DNA of 61,990 bases from the UHGV virus genome UHGV-0106586, one strand, 5' to 3'. The position numbers and the translations under genes are program-made. The DNA comes from a virus. Numbering within the stretch: position 1 is the stretch's first letter; each line of letters starts with the position of its first letter. Positions 18,302 to 29,003 of the stretch are shown here, piece by piece. The notes below the pieces were generated by a model. The model was not told the origin of the DNA and made no database searches. It worked only from the letters and a program-made list of their open reading frames with translations.

Positions 18302-19374
18302 TAAGGAACCTCTAAAAATCCACTATTCAAATCATCTACAACAGTATTCAACAGGTACGCACCGTTCTGTTGCTCCTGATTAGCATTCTGCTCTTTATCA
18401 ATTTCCATCTTCTTAATCATGTACTTCAAAGGTGGTTCTTTAGGAGCTACAAAATCTCTGGGAATGCCAAACATATCATACAGTGGGGCAGCATTATAGT
18501 AAACCCACTCATGAAGAAGCTTTGTATTTAATCCAACTACAGCACGTCCTTCGGAGAAGATATAATACGACCATTTCTCTTCACTTTCAACTACTTCATC
18601 TAAGATTACTTTAATCTCTGGAAGAATTTGTTGAAAAGCTTTCTGCCACTCATCATCTCTTAAAGTTTCTTTTAAAACTTCAATATCAATTTTAGTGTGA
18701 AGGATTTCGTCAAGCATAATTTTCTGTACCGCTTGAGCAATACCCTGAAATTTATCTTGAGCATCAAGTGCAAAAGTACATGCAAAGGATGCCATAAAAG
18801 ATATACCTTCAAGTGCAGTCACTGCAAACAGCCCTTTCAGAATCACTTTATGGAAGTGTAAAGGGTCTTTGTCCAGAAGTGAGTCGCGCACATAACTCAG
18901 GCGATAGTTTATACCTTCATCCAGTAATTCTTCAAGAACACGATTCACAGTTTTTAATCGGTCTTGTACAGCAACATTCTGGTTAATCTCATCTAAGATT
19001 GTTTCAGGGTTTTTAATACATTGCCTTACAATCTCTGAGTAAGTAAGAGCATGTAGGTTTTCAATCTCAGACTGCTTCATAATTGCAGTTGCATAGATGT
19101 CATCAGAGATAAATGGTGCAAAGGCAAATGCCAAACTCTTAGCAACTTGAGTATCTGCTTCCCACTGCCACTTAAGAATCTCAAGCATTACACCTGACAT
19201 TGATGCTGGAACACTCTCAAAATCAAGACGTGATTGTTCAAAAGGGAACTCATCTTCTGACCAATCTTGTGCTTTTTGTTGTTTATAAAGCTCAAAGATT
19301 TTTGGGTAGTGTTTATTAAGTGAGTCAAAAGTTTTTCTCTCACCACCTAAAAAGATTGGGTGCTGGTTAATCAT
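18301..19374 (-). CDS. nrdB: ribonucleotide reductase class Ia small subunit; start taken at ATG 19374, which overlaps the upstream stop (ATGA)
   Basis: N-terminus aligns with E. coli NrdB as recalled; size ~357 aa; adjacent to nrdA. Confidence 0.8.
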   Translation of the reverse strand: MINQHPIFLGGERKTFDSLNKHYPKIFELYKQQKAQDWSEDEFPFEQSRLDFESVPASMSGVMLEILKWQWEADTQVAKSLAFAFAPFISDDIYATAIMKQSEIENLHALTYSEIVRQCIKNPETILDEINQNVAVQDRLKTVNRVLEELLDEGINYRLSYVRDSLLDKDPLHFHKVILKGLFAVTALEGISFMASFACTFALDAQDKFQGIAQAVQKIMLDEILHTKIDIEVLKETLRDDEWQKAFQQILPEIKVILDEVVESEEKWSYYIFSEGRAVVGLNTKLLHEWVYYNAAPLYDMFGIPRDFVAPKEPPLKYMIKKMEIDKEQNANQEQQNGAYLLNTVVDDLNSGFLEVP

Positions 19375-19628
19375 AGCGTGATTTCTCCTTTCTTTATCAT
19401 TTCTAAGGCTTGTTTTCTGTCTAAAACTTCCCAATTTTCTTTGTTGAACATCTCATAAGGTCTTGCGTAGATTTTACCATCTGCTGTAGAGATGTAAGAG
19501 ATACCAGCAACCCATGAGTCATCCTTTTGTTTTATCATCATATCTGTGCTACTCACATAGTACATCGTTTTCCGAGGCTTGTGGAGCAAGTATATAGGTC
19601 GCTCATGTTTTTCTATTAAATCTTTCAT
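19371..19628 (-). CDS. hypothetical protein (86 aa from ATG 19628) between nrdA and nrdB
   Basis: ATG with GGAGAGA RBS; stop overlaps nrdB start. Confidence 0.4.
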   Translation of the reverse strand: MKDLIEKHERPIYLLHKPRKTMYYVSSTDMMIKQKDDSWVAGISYISTADGKIYARPYEMFNKENWEVLDRKQALEMIKKGEITL

Positions 19629-19650
19629 GGTCTCTCCAAAGTTAATTTTA

Positions 19651-19670
19651 GAGGGTCTTTTACGACCCTC
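19651..19670 (-). terminator. hairpin (gagggtc-tttta-cgaccctc)
   Basis: Inverted repeat seen directly. Confidence 0.4.
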
Positions 19671-19683
19671 ATAGTTATTAAAA

Positions 19684-21918
19684 CTAAACACCACAACCCT
19701 CGCAATAAGCATCTTGCAGTGCAGATTTACCTACACCAATGCGACTGTTAAGGTAGTACATGGTTTTCATACCTACTGAGTTGGCATAAATCATGTACTT
19801 CAAAGCTTGAGACAATGATACCTTCTTAGCTTTTGCATAGTCAACATAGAAATCTGAAGAGATAGCTTGACCAGTGAACTTTTGAACAATTGCATAACAA
19901 TCAATCAGGTCAAAGGTGTCAATATCCCAAGCAATTTCGTATACATACTTCAACTCTTCATAATCTGGAACAATAAACAGTACGTTACCAGTTGCAGACT
20001 TTTTAGTTAAAATAAAGTCACGAATTGGATACAAGCCATTTGTCGTATTAGTTGCCAGTGAAGAACTCTCATTAGGCATGTAAGCTTCTAATACAGAGTT
20101 ACGGATTCCACCATTTTCTTTAATACGTTGTGCTAAGTCATCCCAATCATATCTTAGTTTTGCATCATGCTTCTCATCAATCTTCTTGTTAGCTGTCTTC
20201 GGAGGAACCCAACCTTCAGGATACTTAGTGAACTTCATGTATTCAGGTACACCGCGCTCTTTAGCAAGTCTTAGAGAAGCTTCATGCAGATAGTAAGAGT
20301 GCATCTCTGCAAGTTCGTGAAGCTTTGTCTTGCCTGCTCTTGAAGAGTAGTTCACGTAGTTTTTCGCAAGGTAATGAGCCACATTTGTAAGGCCAATCCC
20401 AACAGAACGACGCTTCTGAACATGGTTGCGCATCGACGGATACGGATAATCCATAAGGTCAATAACGGAGTCAACCATTGCAAGAGCATAATAAGCAACG
20501 TCAGCGTATTCATCTTCTGAAATTCTCCCTGCAACCAAACTAGCTAGGAAGCAAAGAGCTACCTCACCATCCTCTTTCACAGCATCATCTCTGTAAAGGT
20601 CTGTCTCTTTCTCAAAGCCGTACACTGGCAACACAATTTCCATACAAAGATTTGACATCTTCAAAGGCTCTTTAAATGGCGTATGTGTGTTTGCATTATT
20701 TGTGAAGAATGGATACACACGGCCTGTTGCATAACGCTGCTGGATAAACAGTTTAGCAATTTCACGAGCCTTTACTCGTCTGTGCTTAACACCTGAATGT
20801 ACTGCATGACCAACTGCCATAGCAAACTCATCAGCAGATGCTGTGTAGAACATGTCATAGAGCTTTGGTGCATCCTTGTAAGAGAATAGCAACCAATCTG
20901 TATCATACTGAACACACTGCCAGAAATAATCATTTGTACCAAATGAGTAGTCCATCTCGTTAATACGTTTAGAAGGAACCGTTGTAGGGTGCTTCAAACG
21001 TAGTAAATCTTCAATCTGCGGGTCTAGAGCAGTGTAGAAGTTGTTAGCTGAACCACCACGACTCTTCTGTTTATTTGCCTCTACAGATGAACGTACAAGC
21101 TTGTAATAAGGTAGTTTACCCATGTGCTCAATAGTATTTTGACGGATACCATCACCAATAGTACGAGTCTCCATCAGCATCCCAATACCAGCTTGCTTTG
21201 TGGTCATGTCATAGGCAACCTTTGCAGCAATACCTAGAGATTCAGCAGTATCATTCGCCTTAATCAAACAGCATGACGCATAACCTGATTTAGTAGCTCT
21301 TAAACCATTCAGATAAGGCGTAGGGGCGTTAATCTTCAGGTCAGATAAGTAAGTGTACAGCTTGATAACATCTTGCAGTCTACGGTGCTTTGGTTGCTTC
21401 TCAAAGGCTTTCATAGCCATACCCATAAACATAAACTGTGGTGACTCAAAAAGTCTTCCCGTTTTAATATCACGGATACCATACTTGTCTCTGAACTGTT
21501 TCAGGACTGCATAACCATAAGAGATATCTTTTGAGTGCACAATGTACCCTTGCAGGTATTCAAGCTCTTCCTGAGAATAGTCCATCTTCTCCCAAAGTCC
21601 TGCTCTCTCCATATTTTTAACGAAGGTAACTAGCGTAGGAACCTTAGTAAAGCCTCCAAAAGCTTCTTTGTAGATAATTCCTAGAAGTAGCCGTCCAGCC
21701 ATATCTGAGTACTCTTGAGTTTGTTTATCAACACAAACATCAATCATGGCTTGGTGCATCTCTTTTGTAGTGCAACCCTCATAGACACGCTTCATGGCTT
21801 CCATAGTGACTTCTGACCAGATAATTCCACGCTTATCTGCCCATGATGCCCACTTATTCAGTCTTTCTGGGTCAAAGCTTACTACTGTACCGTTTGATTT
21901 TTTAATTGTCTTAATCAT
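19684..21918 (-). CDS. nrdA: ribonucleotide reductase class Ia large subunit
   Basis: 744 aa with N-terminal ATP cone; ends ...CEGCGV, typical of the NrdA C-terminal Cys pair. Confidence 0.85.
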   Translation of the reverse strand: MIKTIKKSNGTVVSFDPERLNKWASWADKRGIIWSEVTMEAMKRVYEGCTTKEMHQAMIDVCVDKQTQEYSDMAGRLLLGIIYKEAFGGFTKVPTLVTFVKNMERAGLWEKMDYSQEELEYLQGYIVHSKDISYGYAVLKQFRDKYGIRDIKTGRLFESPQFMFMGMAMKAFEKQPKHRRLQDVIKLYTYLSDLKINAPTPYLNGLRATKSGYASCCLIKANDTAESLGIAAKVAYDMTTKQAGIGMLMETRTIGDGIRQNTIEHMGKLPYYKLVRSSVEANKQKSRGGSANNFYTALDPQIEDLLRLKHPTTVPSKRINEMDYSFGTNDYFWQCVQYDTDWLLFSYKDAPKLYDMFYTASADEFAMAVGHAVHSGVKHRRVKAREIAKLFIQQRYATGRVYPFFTNNANTHTPFKEPLKMSNLCMEIVLPVYGFEKETDLYRDDAVKEDGEVALCFLASLVAGRISEDEYADVAYYALAMVDSVIDLMDYPYPSMRNHVQKRRSVGIGLTNVAHYLAKNYVNYSSRAGKTKLHELAEMHSYYLHEASLRLAKERGVPEYMKFTKYPEGWVPPKTANKKIDEKHDAKLRYDWDDLAQRIKENGGIRNSVLEAYMPNESSSLATNTTNGLYPIRDFILTKKSATGNVLFIVPDYEELKYVYEIAWDIDTFDLIDCYAIVQKFTGQAISSDFYVDYAKAKKVSLSQALKYMIYANSVGMKTMYYLNSRIGVGKSALQDAYCEGCGV

Positions 21919-21933
21919 TTTGAATCCTACAGA

Positions 21934-21960
21934 TGAAAAGAGCCTCCGAAGAGGCTCCCT
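21934..21960 (-). terminator. rho-independent terminator (gagcctc-cgaa-gaggctc)
   Basis: Hairpin 21940-21957 with A-run. Confidence 0.5.
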
Positions 21961-21963
21961 AGT

Positions 21964-22305
21964 TTAAATCTTGAAAATTTGCTCATTCTGCCACATATCG
22001 TAAAACTTATCACTTACTTTTGTGACTGAAGAAGTGTGCATACAATTCAGGAAGAACCATGATGATGGTGTATTATCATCCATAAGTGTTTCAAGTTTTT
22101 GTGTAACGTTCACATCCATGTCTGCAACAACGTAATTACCTCGCATCTTGCAAACAACTCTTCCAAACAAGATTGCACTTCTGCCTCTTCGGTCGTCACA
22201 GTACATAACTGTGTCCCCGTGCTTAACATCTTGTCCGATACTATCAACACCTAATTTAGCACCTGAGATAATGTCATCATAAGACAGCTTTTTTGCTTTA
22301 GACAC
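21964..22305 (-). CDS. hypothetical protein (113 aa)
   Basis: ORF in track. Confidence 0.4.
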   Translation of the reverse strand: MSKAKKLSYDDIISGAKLGVDSIGQDVKHGDTVMYCDDRRGRSAILFGRVVCKMRGNYVVADMDVNVTQKLETLMDDNTPSSWFFLNCMHTSSVTKVSDKFYDMWQNEQIFKI

Positions 22306-22630
22306 GGTATTTCTCCAAGTTTCTTTTTAGATATAACCAACCATAGTCAGTTCTTTCTACACCCATGAAGAGTGGAGCCATTACAACTTTACCAAAAGTA
22401 TTCCTGTGTTGACAGATTTCAAAAGAATACTCTTTCTCAATATCAATCCCATATTTGTACAGGACTGCTTTTAAAACTTGTTCATTATCCAGAAGTGTAT
22501 CTGGAGTCTCACCATACTTCTCAAGTAACGGGTCATTCATAAACACCGTCATAGAGATATTGTAGTTTGAGAAGTGGCTCTTCTGAGCCACACCTTCTTT
22601 ATTAATGTTCTGTGAATCCATTATAACCAA
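22298..22630 (-). CDS. hypothetical protein (110 aa)
   Basis: ORF in track. Confidence 0.4.
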   Translation of the reverse strand: MVIMDSQNINKEGVAQKSHFSNYNISMTVFMNDPLLEKYGETPDTLLDNEQVLKAVLYKYGIDIEKEYSFEICQHRNTFGKVVMAPLFMGVERTDYGWLYLKRNLEKYRV

Positions 22631-23357
22631 CCCCTTTTAACCAGCACTTCAGGTTATTAGCATCATAATTCAGTTTCGGGTATGAGGTTACATGGAACTG
22701 CTCACCATCGTAGTAGACAATATCTGCAATCCATAGTCCATTCTCTTTACAGAAATCTTTATCTGCTTTAGAGGTAATTGGATTAACTTCTACAAAACCA
22801 TCTACACCCAAATCCTTTAAGCTACCTACAATACCTTTGCAGATAACGCATGTCTCAGATACTACCACAAAAAGTTCTTGGCTTTCAAGTTCTACAATGT
22901 ATTCACCAAGTTGTACTTTAGGGAGATTTGATTGCTTCATAATCTTCCCATCGGCTGCACGGACAATCGCATACCACTCTTTACCATCAACCACTGACAT
23001 TCTGATGATACACTCTTGACCAGTACGCTTCTCAATATCTGCAAGACGTTTTAAAGCTTCTTCATAGTCATCTGTGTACTTCAGGTCATTATTATGGCAA
23101 ACAGCTTTCATAGCACCGTTATGGTCATGTTGTGACAGATAAATCAGACCATCAAGAACATATTGCAAATCTGCCTGAGCATCCAGTGTCTCAATGGGGT
23201 CTTTTTCTTCAATTGCTTTTACAAGCTCTTTTGCTTCTTCAAGCATACACAGAGACTGGGATTTTAAAGATTCCCAATACTCATCACTGTAAGGTTGCTT
23301 TTGAGTGTTTCCACAACGAAGATTCCAGTTTTTTACTGCTTCTCTTGAGTTAAACAT
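22602..23357 (-). CDS. MazG-like nucleoside triphosphate pyrophosphohydrolase N-terminal domain fused to unknown C-terminal domain
   Basis: LEEAKELVKAIEEKD...DAQADLQYVL resembles the MazG EExxE metal-binding motif. Confidence 0.45.
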   Translation of the reverse strand: MFNSREAVKNWNLRCGNTQKQPYSDEYWESLKSQSLCMLEEAKELVKAIEEKDPIETLDAQADLQYVLDGLIYLSQHDHNGAMKAVCHNNDLKYTDDYEEALKRLADIEKRTGQECIIRMSVVDGKEWYAIVRAADGKIMKQSNLPKVQLGEYIVELESQELFVVVSETCVICKGIVGSLKDLGVDGFVEVNPITSKADKDFCKENGLWIADIVYYDGEQFHVTSYPKLNYDANNLKCWLKGVGYNGFTEH

Positions 23358-23595
23358 TTGGACTCCTTAAAAATCTGTTAACCTTTAGCTCTCGTGTTTC
23401 AATATATTCCAGATGCTCACGTAGCTTTTGACGTTTAAGCATTAGGTGCTGCATTTGAGGCTCAACAGCTCCAACTTCTTTAATTATTGACTCTCTGGCA
23501 TTTGCAAGAATGCGCTCAAGTTCTTCAATCTTGCTGTCAACCCTTGCTACGTGACTCACAGCTTTACTTTTGTTAAACATTTTATTCTCTCTCAA
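23350..23595 (-). CDS. hypothetical coiled-coil protein (81 aa)
   Basis: ORF in track; charged heptad-like composition. Confidence 0.4.
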   Translation of the reverse strand: MRENKMFNKSKAVSHVARVDSKIEELERILANARESIIKEVGAVEPQMQHLMLKRQKLREHLEYIETRELKVNRFLRSPNV

Positions 23596-23601
23596 TAGTT
23601 A

Positions 23602-24102
23602 TCAAGCACAGTTTGCTTTCATTACCTTATGGATTCTTTTTTCAGCATCTTCATAAGTTTCTTTAGTGATAAACTTAATTGCTGCAATATTGGCATTGTA
23701 GAAGAGTCTGAGTTTAGAGTCAATCCTTTTTGTCATTACATCGAACTTATGTTGAAGGTTTGCTTCACCATAAACTAGACCACCTTTCGTGTAGTAGGTT
23801 TGGATAATGTAAAAGTCAAAAAATTCTTTTCCAAAGCTCTCGATATCTTTTTTAATATACTCAGAAGAAGTCTCATAAGTCATCCAATCACTCTCCTTAG
23901 TAACTACCTTCTTCCGAGTCTTACCAGCAACTTTTCTTTTGGTCACACTATTAAGCTGTTTTTTACCCAAATAGTACTGTCCAGTCTTTTTACAGTACAC
24001 TAGGTAGACAAAACCAAAGTGCTTTGCTGGGTCAACTTCACCACATAGTGAAATCCAGTGACCATAAGTGGGGCAACTCCCAAAACCTTTAACTTTAATC
24101 AT
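23602..24102 (-). CDS. hypothetical protein, possibly GIY-YIG-like nuclease
   Basis: FGFVYLVYCKKTGQYYLGKK loosely resembles GIY-YIG; weak. Confidence 0.3.
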   Translation of the reverse strand: MIKVKGFGSCPTYGHWISLCGEVDPAKHFGFVYLVYCKKTGQYYLGKKQLNSVTKRKVAGKTRKKVVTKESDWMTYETSSEYIKKDIESFGKEFFDFYIIQTYYTKGGLVYGEANLQHKFDVMTKRIDSKLRLFYNANIAAIKFITKETYEDAEKRIHKVMKANCA

Positions 24103-24614
24103 TCATAAGCTTCTCCGTGATTTGTAAACTCTCTATGGAGTTCTTCTCTTTTCTTTTTGACAACTGCTTCAGCCTCAGCAACAGAGTCAAATAGACCTAG
24201 ATGGTAGCAAACTTTATTATGCTTAATTTGTGCAGCCCATCTACCTCTTTGCTTGTGGTAATATACACCCTTCACGCCAGACTTATTATCTCTTCTTTTG
24301 ACTGCATTACAGTTGTTGTCTGACCTGCTGCACTCTCTCAAATTGTCGAACCAGTTATCGCATCTGATACAATTCTTATGGTCAACAAATTTTGGGAGGT
24401 ATCCTTTCATATACAAGAATGCCAGCCTGTGTGCTGCATATCTTTTTCCGAAAAGTTTTATATAGATATAACCGCTATGGTGTTTCAAACCTGCTACTGA
24501 GCCAGCTTTGGCCTTACCTTTTCTATCAACTAACCAAGTAAAGACCCCTGTTTCGGGGTCATAGTGTAGGTATTCTTTAAGAGTTTGTTGAGTTAACATT
24601 TGGTGTCCACCCAT
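24099..24614 (-). CDS. HNH endonuclease with C-terminal AP2 DNA-binding domain (free-standing homing endonuclease)
   Basis: HNH region ...AHRLAFLYMKGYLP...VDHKNCIRCDNWFDNLRE plus AP2-like SGVKGVYYHKQRGRWAAQI...GLFDSVAEAEA; start ATG 24614 or 24599. Confidence 0.75.
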   Translation of the reverse strand: MGGHQMLTQQTLKEYLHYDPETGVFTWLVDRKGKAKAGSVAGLKHHSGYIYIKLFGKRYAAHRLAFLYMKGYLPKFVDHKNCIRCDNWFDNLRECSRSDNNCNAVKRRDNKSGVKGVYYHKQRGRWAAQIKHNKVCYHLGLFDSVAEAEAVVKKKREELHREFTNHGEAYE

Positions 24615-25623
24615 ACTTATCAAAAGTAAAATCGTCTTTCTTATTTCTTTCCTGGTAAGCTAAGAAAAAGTGTTGCTGCATTAACTCTAAGGGTGTTCTG
24701 GTAATTGTTTGACCATCCCACGAGACATAAGTGTATGACTCTTTCTTAGCATAAAGCTCATAAATTGCATCAAGACACTCTTTGTAAGTAGTTTTACCTT
24801 CAAGGGCTTTCATTACAGCAACCTTACCAACGCCCTTTAAACCAAAATAGTTATCTGCATTATCACCAGCCACAGCTTGGTAACAAAGAAATTTAAAACC
24901 TACCCCAACTGTCTTCTTAGCTTTTGGTGTCGATTTTATTGGACAATCCCAAATTTCACCAACGTTGTTATCAGCAATGAAAATCAAAGGTGACTTCTCA
25001 TAGGTCATATCAATGCAGTAAGTCCCTTCAGCTTGGCGAAGGTCTTTATCAATACTCATTAAGGCAGCCTTTTTTCCCATCTTTTCAGCTTTAGCAATAA
25101 CGATAGAGTCAGCTTCAAATCCATCAAGAATCAATTTGAACTCTGGTCTGGATAAAAGATATTCACGACAAGCAACTAAGTGTGTTGGTGTGACAGCATC
25201 TTTACGGTTACCTTGATATTGGTGCTCAAGACCTTTAATGTCTTTATGCTTATGCACACCTTTCTCTGTTAAATAACCTACCCAAGTTCTTTCTTTACCA
25301 ACAACTTTAAGCCATTCCTGAAGAACCTGCTGAGTAGCCATGATAGCTTCTTTTTCACTCTTAGCTTCTTTCCAAGTCTGTCTTTCCCATTCATCTTCAT
25401 CAAATGTTAGTCCAAGCTCTTCTACAAGGATTCTCTGGTCTGCTAACCATCTTGCAGCGTCTTTTGCATTATCAAATGGTTCAGACTCTTCTGCTGTGAG
25501 TTTATTGACATACTTATATTTTGCTTTCTCAACTACACAAGCACCTTTATAGGCAATACTGTCAGAGTCAATAAAGACATGTGTAACTGAATCGGGAAGT
25601 TTTTTTAATGTGTACTTCTCCAT
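24577..25623 (-). CDS. 5'-3' exonuclease / flap endonuclease (T4 RNase H / T5 D15-like)
   Basis: N-terminal VFIDSDSIAY and H3TH-type GDNADNYFGLKGVGKVAV motif. Confidence 0.7.
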   Translation of the reverse strand: MEKYTLKKLPDSVTHVFIDSDSIAYKGACVVEKAKYKYVNKLTAEESEPFDNAKDAARWLADQRILVEELGLTFDEDEWERQTWKEAKSEKEAIMATQQVLQEWLKVVGKERTWVGYLTEKGVHKHKDIKGLEHQYQGNRKDAVTPTHLVACREYLLSRPEFKLILDGFEADSIVIAKAEKMGKKAALMSIDKDLRQAEGTYCIDMTYEKSPLIFIADNNVGEIWDCPIKSTPKAKKTVGVGFKFLCYQAVAGDNADNYFGLKGVGKVAVMKALEGKTTYKECLDAIYELYAKKESYTYVSWDGQTITRTPLELMQQHFFLAYQERNKKDDFTFDKYGWTPNVNSTNS

Positions 25624-25685
25624 TGTGACTCTCCATATGAAAAAGCCCCATACTAAGTACAGGGCTTTAAAGTAGCTTTTAGAGA

Positions 25686-26543
25686 TTAGTCTTCTGTATC
25701 GAAGTCTTCATCTTCTTCGTCATCTGGGTCTGGCAAGTCTTCATCGTCACCATCATCAGAAGCATTCGAAGGTTTGTGGTCTGTTGCATCTTCTTCAGTG
25801 ATTTCACCGTTATCTTCAACACCATCAAGACCAAGCATAGCCAGTTCATCTTCATCCAGTTCAGGTTCGCCGTTAGCACCGTTACCACCAGTGTAAGGTA
25901 CAAGAGTATCAATGATAAACTGTTCCTGAATAGGTTTTGTCAGAACATTGTTCTCAAAAGTGTAGAAGTGAGTAGAAAGAATCACACTACCAAAAGAACC
26001 GTTACCAACTGCAATATCTGGATGAATTACATCATAGTTCTTGTCATCTTCATGTTTGTCAGATGCTTGAGCTTTGATTTTCTTCATCGGCTGTTTAACA
26101 GCTACACGCTTACCATTTACTTCTTCAATCAGCATTACAGGGAATGACTGTTTAGCTGTCCACACAGCACCATCTTTATAAGCTGCTGCACGACTTACTT
26201 TCAAGATGTAGTAAGTGTCTGCTTCAAATGGTGGTTTGCAACCAAACTTCTCTTCGAAGTCATCTGCATCAACTGCTTCAGTAGTAACTTTATCCCAACC
26301 TTCTGGATTTTTCTTAGACTTAGTAAACTCTTTAAACAGCTTGTTACCATCTTCTGCCAGAATTGAAACACTGTAGTTACAGTCTTTGCCTGGGAATTTC
26401 TTATCAATGGATTTACCTTTTCCCGGACGTGGTGAAGTGTTCAGGTAATAAAACCAGACATCTTTCAGAAGGTAACGCAGAGTTTGACGTTCAGTACCAT
26501 TATACTTCTCTACCGGAGCTTTCATTTTAACAACTTTAGACAT
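25686..26543 (-). CDS. single-stranded DNA-binding protein with acidic C-terminal tail (T7 gp2.5-like)
   Basis: Highly acidic C-terminus ...DDEDLPDPDDEEDEDFDTED; position within the replication module. Confidence 0.55.
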   Translation of the reverse strand: MSKVVKMKAPVEKYNGTERQTLRYLLKDVWFYYLNTSPRPGKGKSIDKKFPGKDCNYSVSILAEDGNKLFKEFTKSKKNPEGWDKVTTEAVDADDFEEKFGCKPPFEADTYYILKVSRAAAYKDGAVWTAKQSFPVMLIEEVNGKRVAVKQPMKKIKAQASDKHEDDKNYDVIHPDIAVGNGSFGSVILSTHFYTFENNVLTKPIQEQFIIDTLVPYTGGNGANGEPELDEDELAMLGLDGVEDNGEITEEDATDHKPSNASDDGDDEDLPDPDDEEDEDFDTED

Positions 26544-26616
26544 TATTTAAACCTCTATCTCAATTTATGAAGAGTACCAATTCTAATTTGTTGATACTCT
26601 ATTGTCAAACATTAAT

Positions 26617-26766
26617 TACTGGAAGTTGTGCTTATCTTTAGAAGCTGCTTTACGTGCAGTTTTTCCAGTTCTTACACGCTTCTCTTCATAGTATTTTGCT
26701 GGTTTTCCAGCAGTGGCTTTTAAGGAATCCCCAAAAACTTGTTCAAATGCTTTAGAGTGTTTCATG
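26617..26766 (-). CDS. small basic protein (49 aa), below the ORF-track cutoff
   Basis: Hand-translated MKHSKAFEQVFGDSLKATAGKPAKYYEEKRVRTGKTARKAASKDKHNFQ. Confidence 0.25.
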
Positions 26767-27055
26767 ATATTCTCCGATATACTTGATATTCAAACACATC
26801 TTCTTTAATTATAAACAGCCAACCAATATTATGTCGAGGTATAGTAATAGTGACTGTTATCATACTGTGATGGAACTTTTCTTCTACCTCAACGCCTCCA
26901 TCACATTTCATGTAGAGCATTCTATAGAACCTATCAACCTTTGTCAAACACTCTTCCTGAAATTCATTTAAACTTTTTTCTTCAAAGAAGGGTATGAACC
27001 CATCTCTTTTATAACTATCACTCAGTTTCAAACGGGCAGTCATCTGCATCCTCAC
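26762..27055 (-). CDS. hypothetical protein (97 aa)
   Basis: ORF in track. Confidence 0.4.
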   Translation of the reverse strand: MRMQMTARLKLSDSYKRDGFIPFFEEKSLNEFQEECLTKVDRFYRMLYMKCDGGVEVEEKFHHSMITVTITIPRHNIGWLFIIKEDVFEYQVYRRIS

Positions 27056-29003
27056 TTAATACAGGTGGAATCGTTGAGCTTTGACGCTGTTCTTCAGTAT
27101 AGACTTCACCAGTCTCACGGTCAAACACTTCATCTTCATAATGAGGTAAAGAGTCGTCATAATGGTCTTCAGCTTCACCAATACCAAACTGTTGACGAAT
27201 ATTTTCTGCTGCACCATCAATATCAACACCACATCCAGAAGCTTTGATAAGACGTCCTGTATCTGGATTGTACCAAGTATGACCAGCAATACCTGTTGAC
27301 TTACCATGACGACGACACTTGGTTAACTTGATTTTTGTCAAGTTTTTCTTAACAGGGTCTGGGTCAACCTTGTTACGCATTAACAGAATGTTATTCATAG
27401 AAATCTGGAAATATGCACCAGAACCCTTAATGTCCTCTTCAGAGATATCTCCACCTTCAGAGTTAGCTTTCTGACCACCTGCACTCTTACGAACGTGACA
27501 TACGTTTACCTGCGCATACTGGTAGCGTTTGCAACGACGCAATAGCTCAGACAAAACTTCTTCTTCATCCGTATCAGAACGTGACAGGGCTAACGTGATA
27601 GGGTCAAGAATGATAATCTTACAGTCTAAACTGTTAACAAGATAGTCAACAAACTCTAGCAGGTTATCTTGGTCAATTGCCCCTTGATGGTCAACGATAT
27701 GGATACGACGGCCTTTAGATAGTTCTGCGTGTGCTCCTTTTAACTCATCCCAATCCCGTTCATCATAAGGAATCTCAGAAATCTGCTTGCTCAGGTGAAT
27801 TGCACAGAGCATCTCCATCAACTCTTCATAGGTATCTTCTACAGGAATTACACCGATATTATAATCAGTTTCTTTCCAAGCTGAATAAATCATCTCGCGA
27901 GTGTAAGCTGACTTACCTACTGAAGATGGTGCTGCAATAGTTGTAATCTCACCTAAACCATAACCACCATAAGTCAACCTGTTCAAATCTCCGAAAGACT
28001 CTGGGAAAGGAATCAATGGAATCTGACCACGATTCTTCATTGCCTCAAAACCATCTGCGAAGTTCTTGATACCAGCAGGGCAGTAACGAGGTGCGTTGTA
28101 GATACGCTGCTTAAATCCTTCCAGAACTGTATCTTTCTCTTTATAGAACTTTGTCCACCACTCGTTAAGGTCTTTTACACCTTCTGGATACTGGAATAAA
28201 CGAACCTTCTCAATAGGGAGGATACCAGCAGCCTCTTTAGTGGCTTTAGCGCCTGCTTCATCGTTATCAAAGCACAAGTAAATCTCATCAAATGATGTGA
28301 TGTACTGATAGTTGTCTTTGATAGACTTAATGTTTGCACCTGATGGAACAGATACGTGACAGTAATTCTTACGACGAGACTTATCTTTAATCGCCAAAGA
28401 AGTCATGTAGATTGCTGTAGCGCATTCCATCTCACCTTCCCAGATGAATAAACGGTTACCACCTTCTGGAGCAATCCATGAACCAAACATCGCCAGTTCA
28501 CCTTTAATGTCTCCAACACCACCTGAGAAGTCTTTTAGCTTACCACGTAGGTGTTCTTTTGGGTGGTCTTCTGGGTAACGGTGACGAACACGGTAGCCAA
28601 CATGCTCTAGCTTGCCATCTTCATTGCGTTTGTAAGTTGGGTAGAAATGCGCATCAATTTCACCATCACTGTCAATATCAACCTTAATACCCAAACGCTC
28701 AAGAACTTTTGCAGGAATCTTCCTGTCTTTCAAGTCCATTGCTTCAAGGTTTTCTTTCACATCGTCTAAATCCATTCCACGGAAAGTACGGTTTTTATTG
28801 TCTGAACCAGTAGAATAAGTGCTCACGATTTGTCCTTTATCAAAATCCCACTCTGGGAAACCTTTGTTACAACTAAAGCAAGTCATTGAATAAGAATCAT
28901 CGTCATGATGATAGATTGAACCAGCATCTGATGAACCACAACGTGGACATGCACAATGACCAACAAACTGACCAGCCTCTTTCAATTTACGACCTTTAGA
29001 CAT
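27018..29003 (-). CDS. bifunctional DNA primase/helicase (T7 gp4-like: zinc ribbon, TOPRIM primase, DnaB-family helicase); start taken at ATG 29003
   Basis: N-terminal CxxC...CxxC zinc ribbon; Walker A AAPSSVGKSAYT in C-terminal half; size ~660 aa. Confidence 0.85.
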   Translation of the reverse strand: MSKGRKLKEAGQFVGHCACPRCGSSDAGSIYHHDDDSYSMTCFSCNKGFPEWDFDKGQIVSTYSTGSDNKNRTFRGMDLDDVKENLEAMDLKDRKIPAKVLERLGIKVDIDSDGEIDAHFYPTYKRNEDGKLEHVGYRVRHRYPEDHPKEHLRGKLKDFSGGVGDIKGELAMFGSWIAPEGGNRLFIWEGEMECATAIYMTSLAIKDKSRRKNYCHVSVPSGANIKSIKDNYQYITSFDEIYLCFDNDEAGAKATKEAAGILPIEKVRLFQYPEGVKDLNEWWTKFYKEKDTVLEGFKQRIYNAPRYCPAGIKNFADGFEAMKNRGQIPLIPFPESFGDLNRLTYGGYGLGEITTIAAPSSVGKSAYTREMIYSAWKETDYNIGVIPVEDTYEELMEMLCAIHLSKQISEIPYDERDWDELKGAHAELSKGRRIHIVDHQGAIDQDNLLEFVDYLVNSLDCKIIILDPITLALSRSDTDEEEVLSELLRRCKRYQYAQVNVCHVRKSAGGQKANSEGGDISEEDIKGSGAYFQISMNNILLMRNKVDPDPVKKNLTKIKLTKCRRHGKSTGIAGHTWYNPDTGRLIKASGCGVDIDGAAENIRQQFGIGEAEDHYDDSLPHYEDEVFDRETGEVYTEEQRQSSTIPPVLSEDADDCPFETE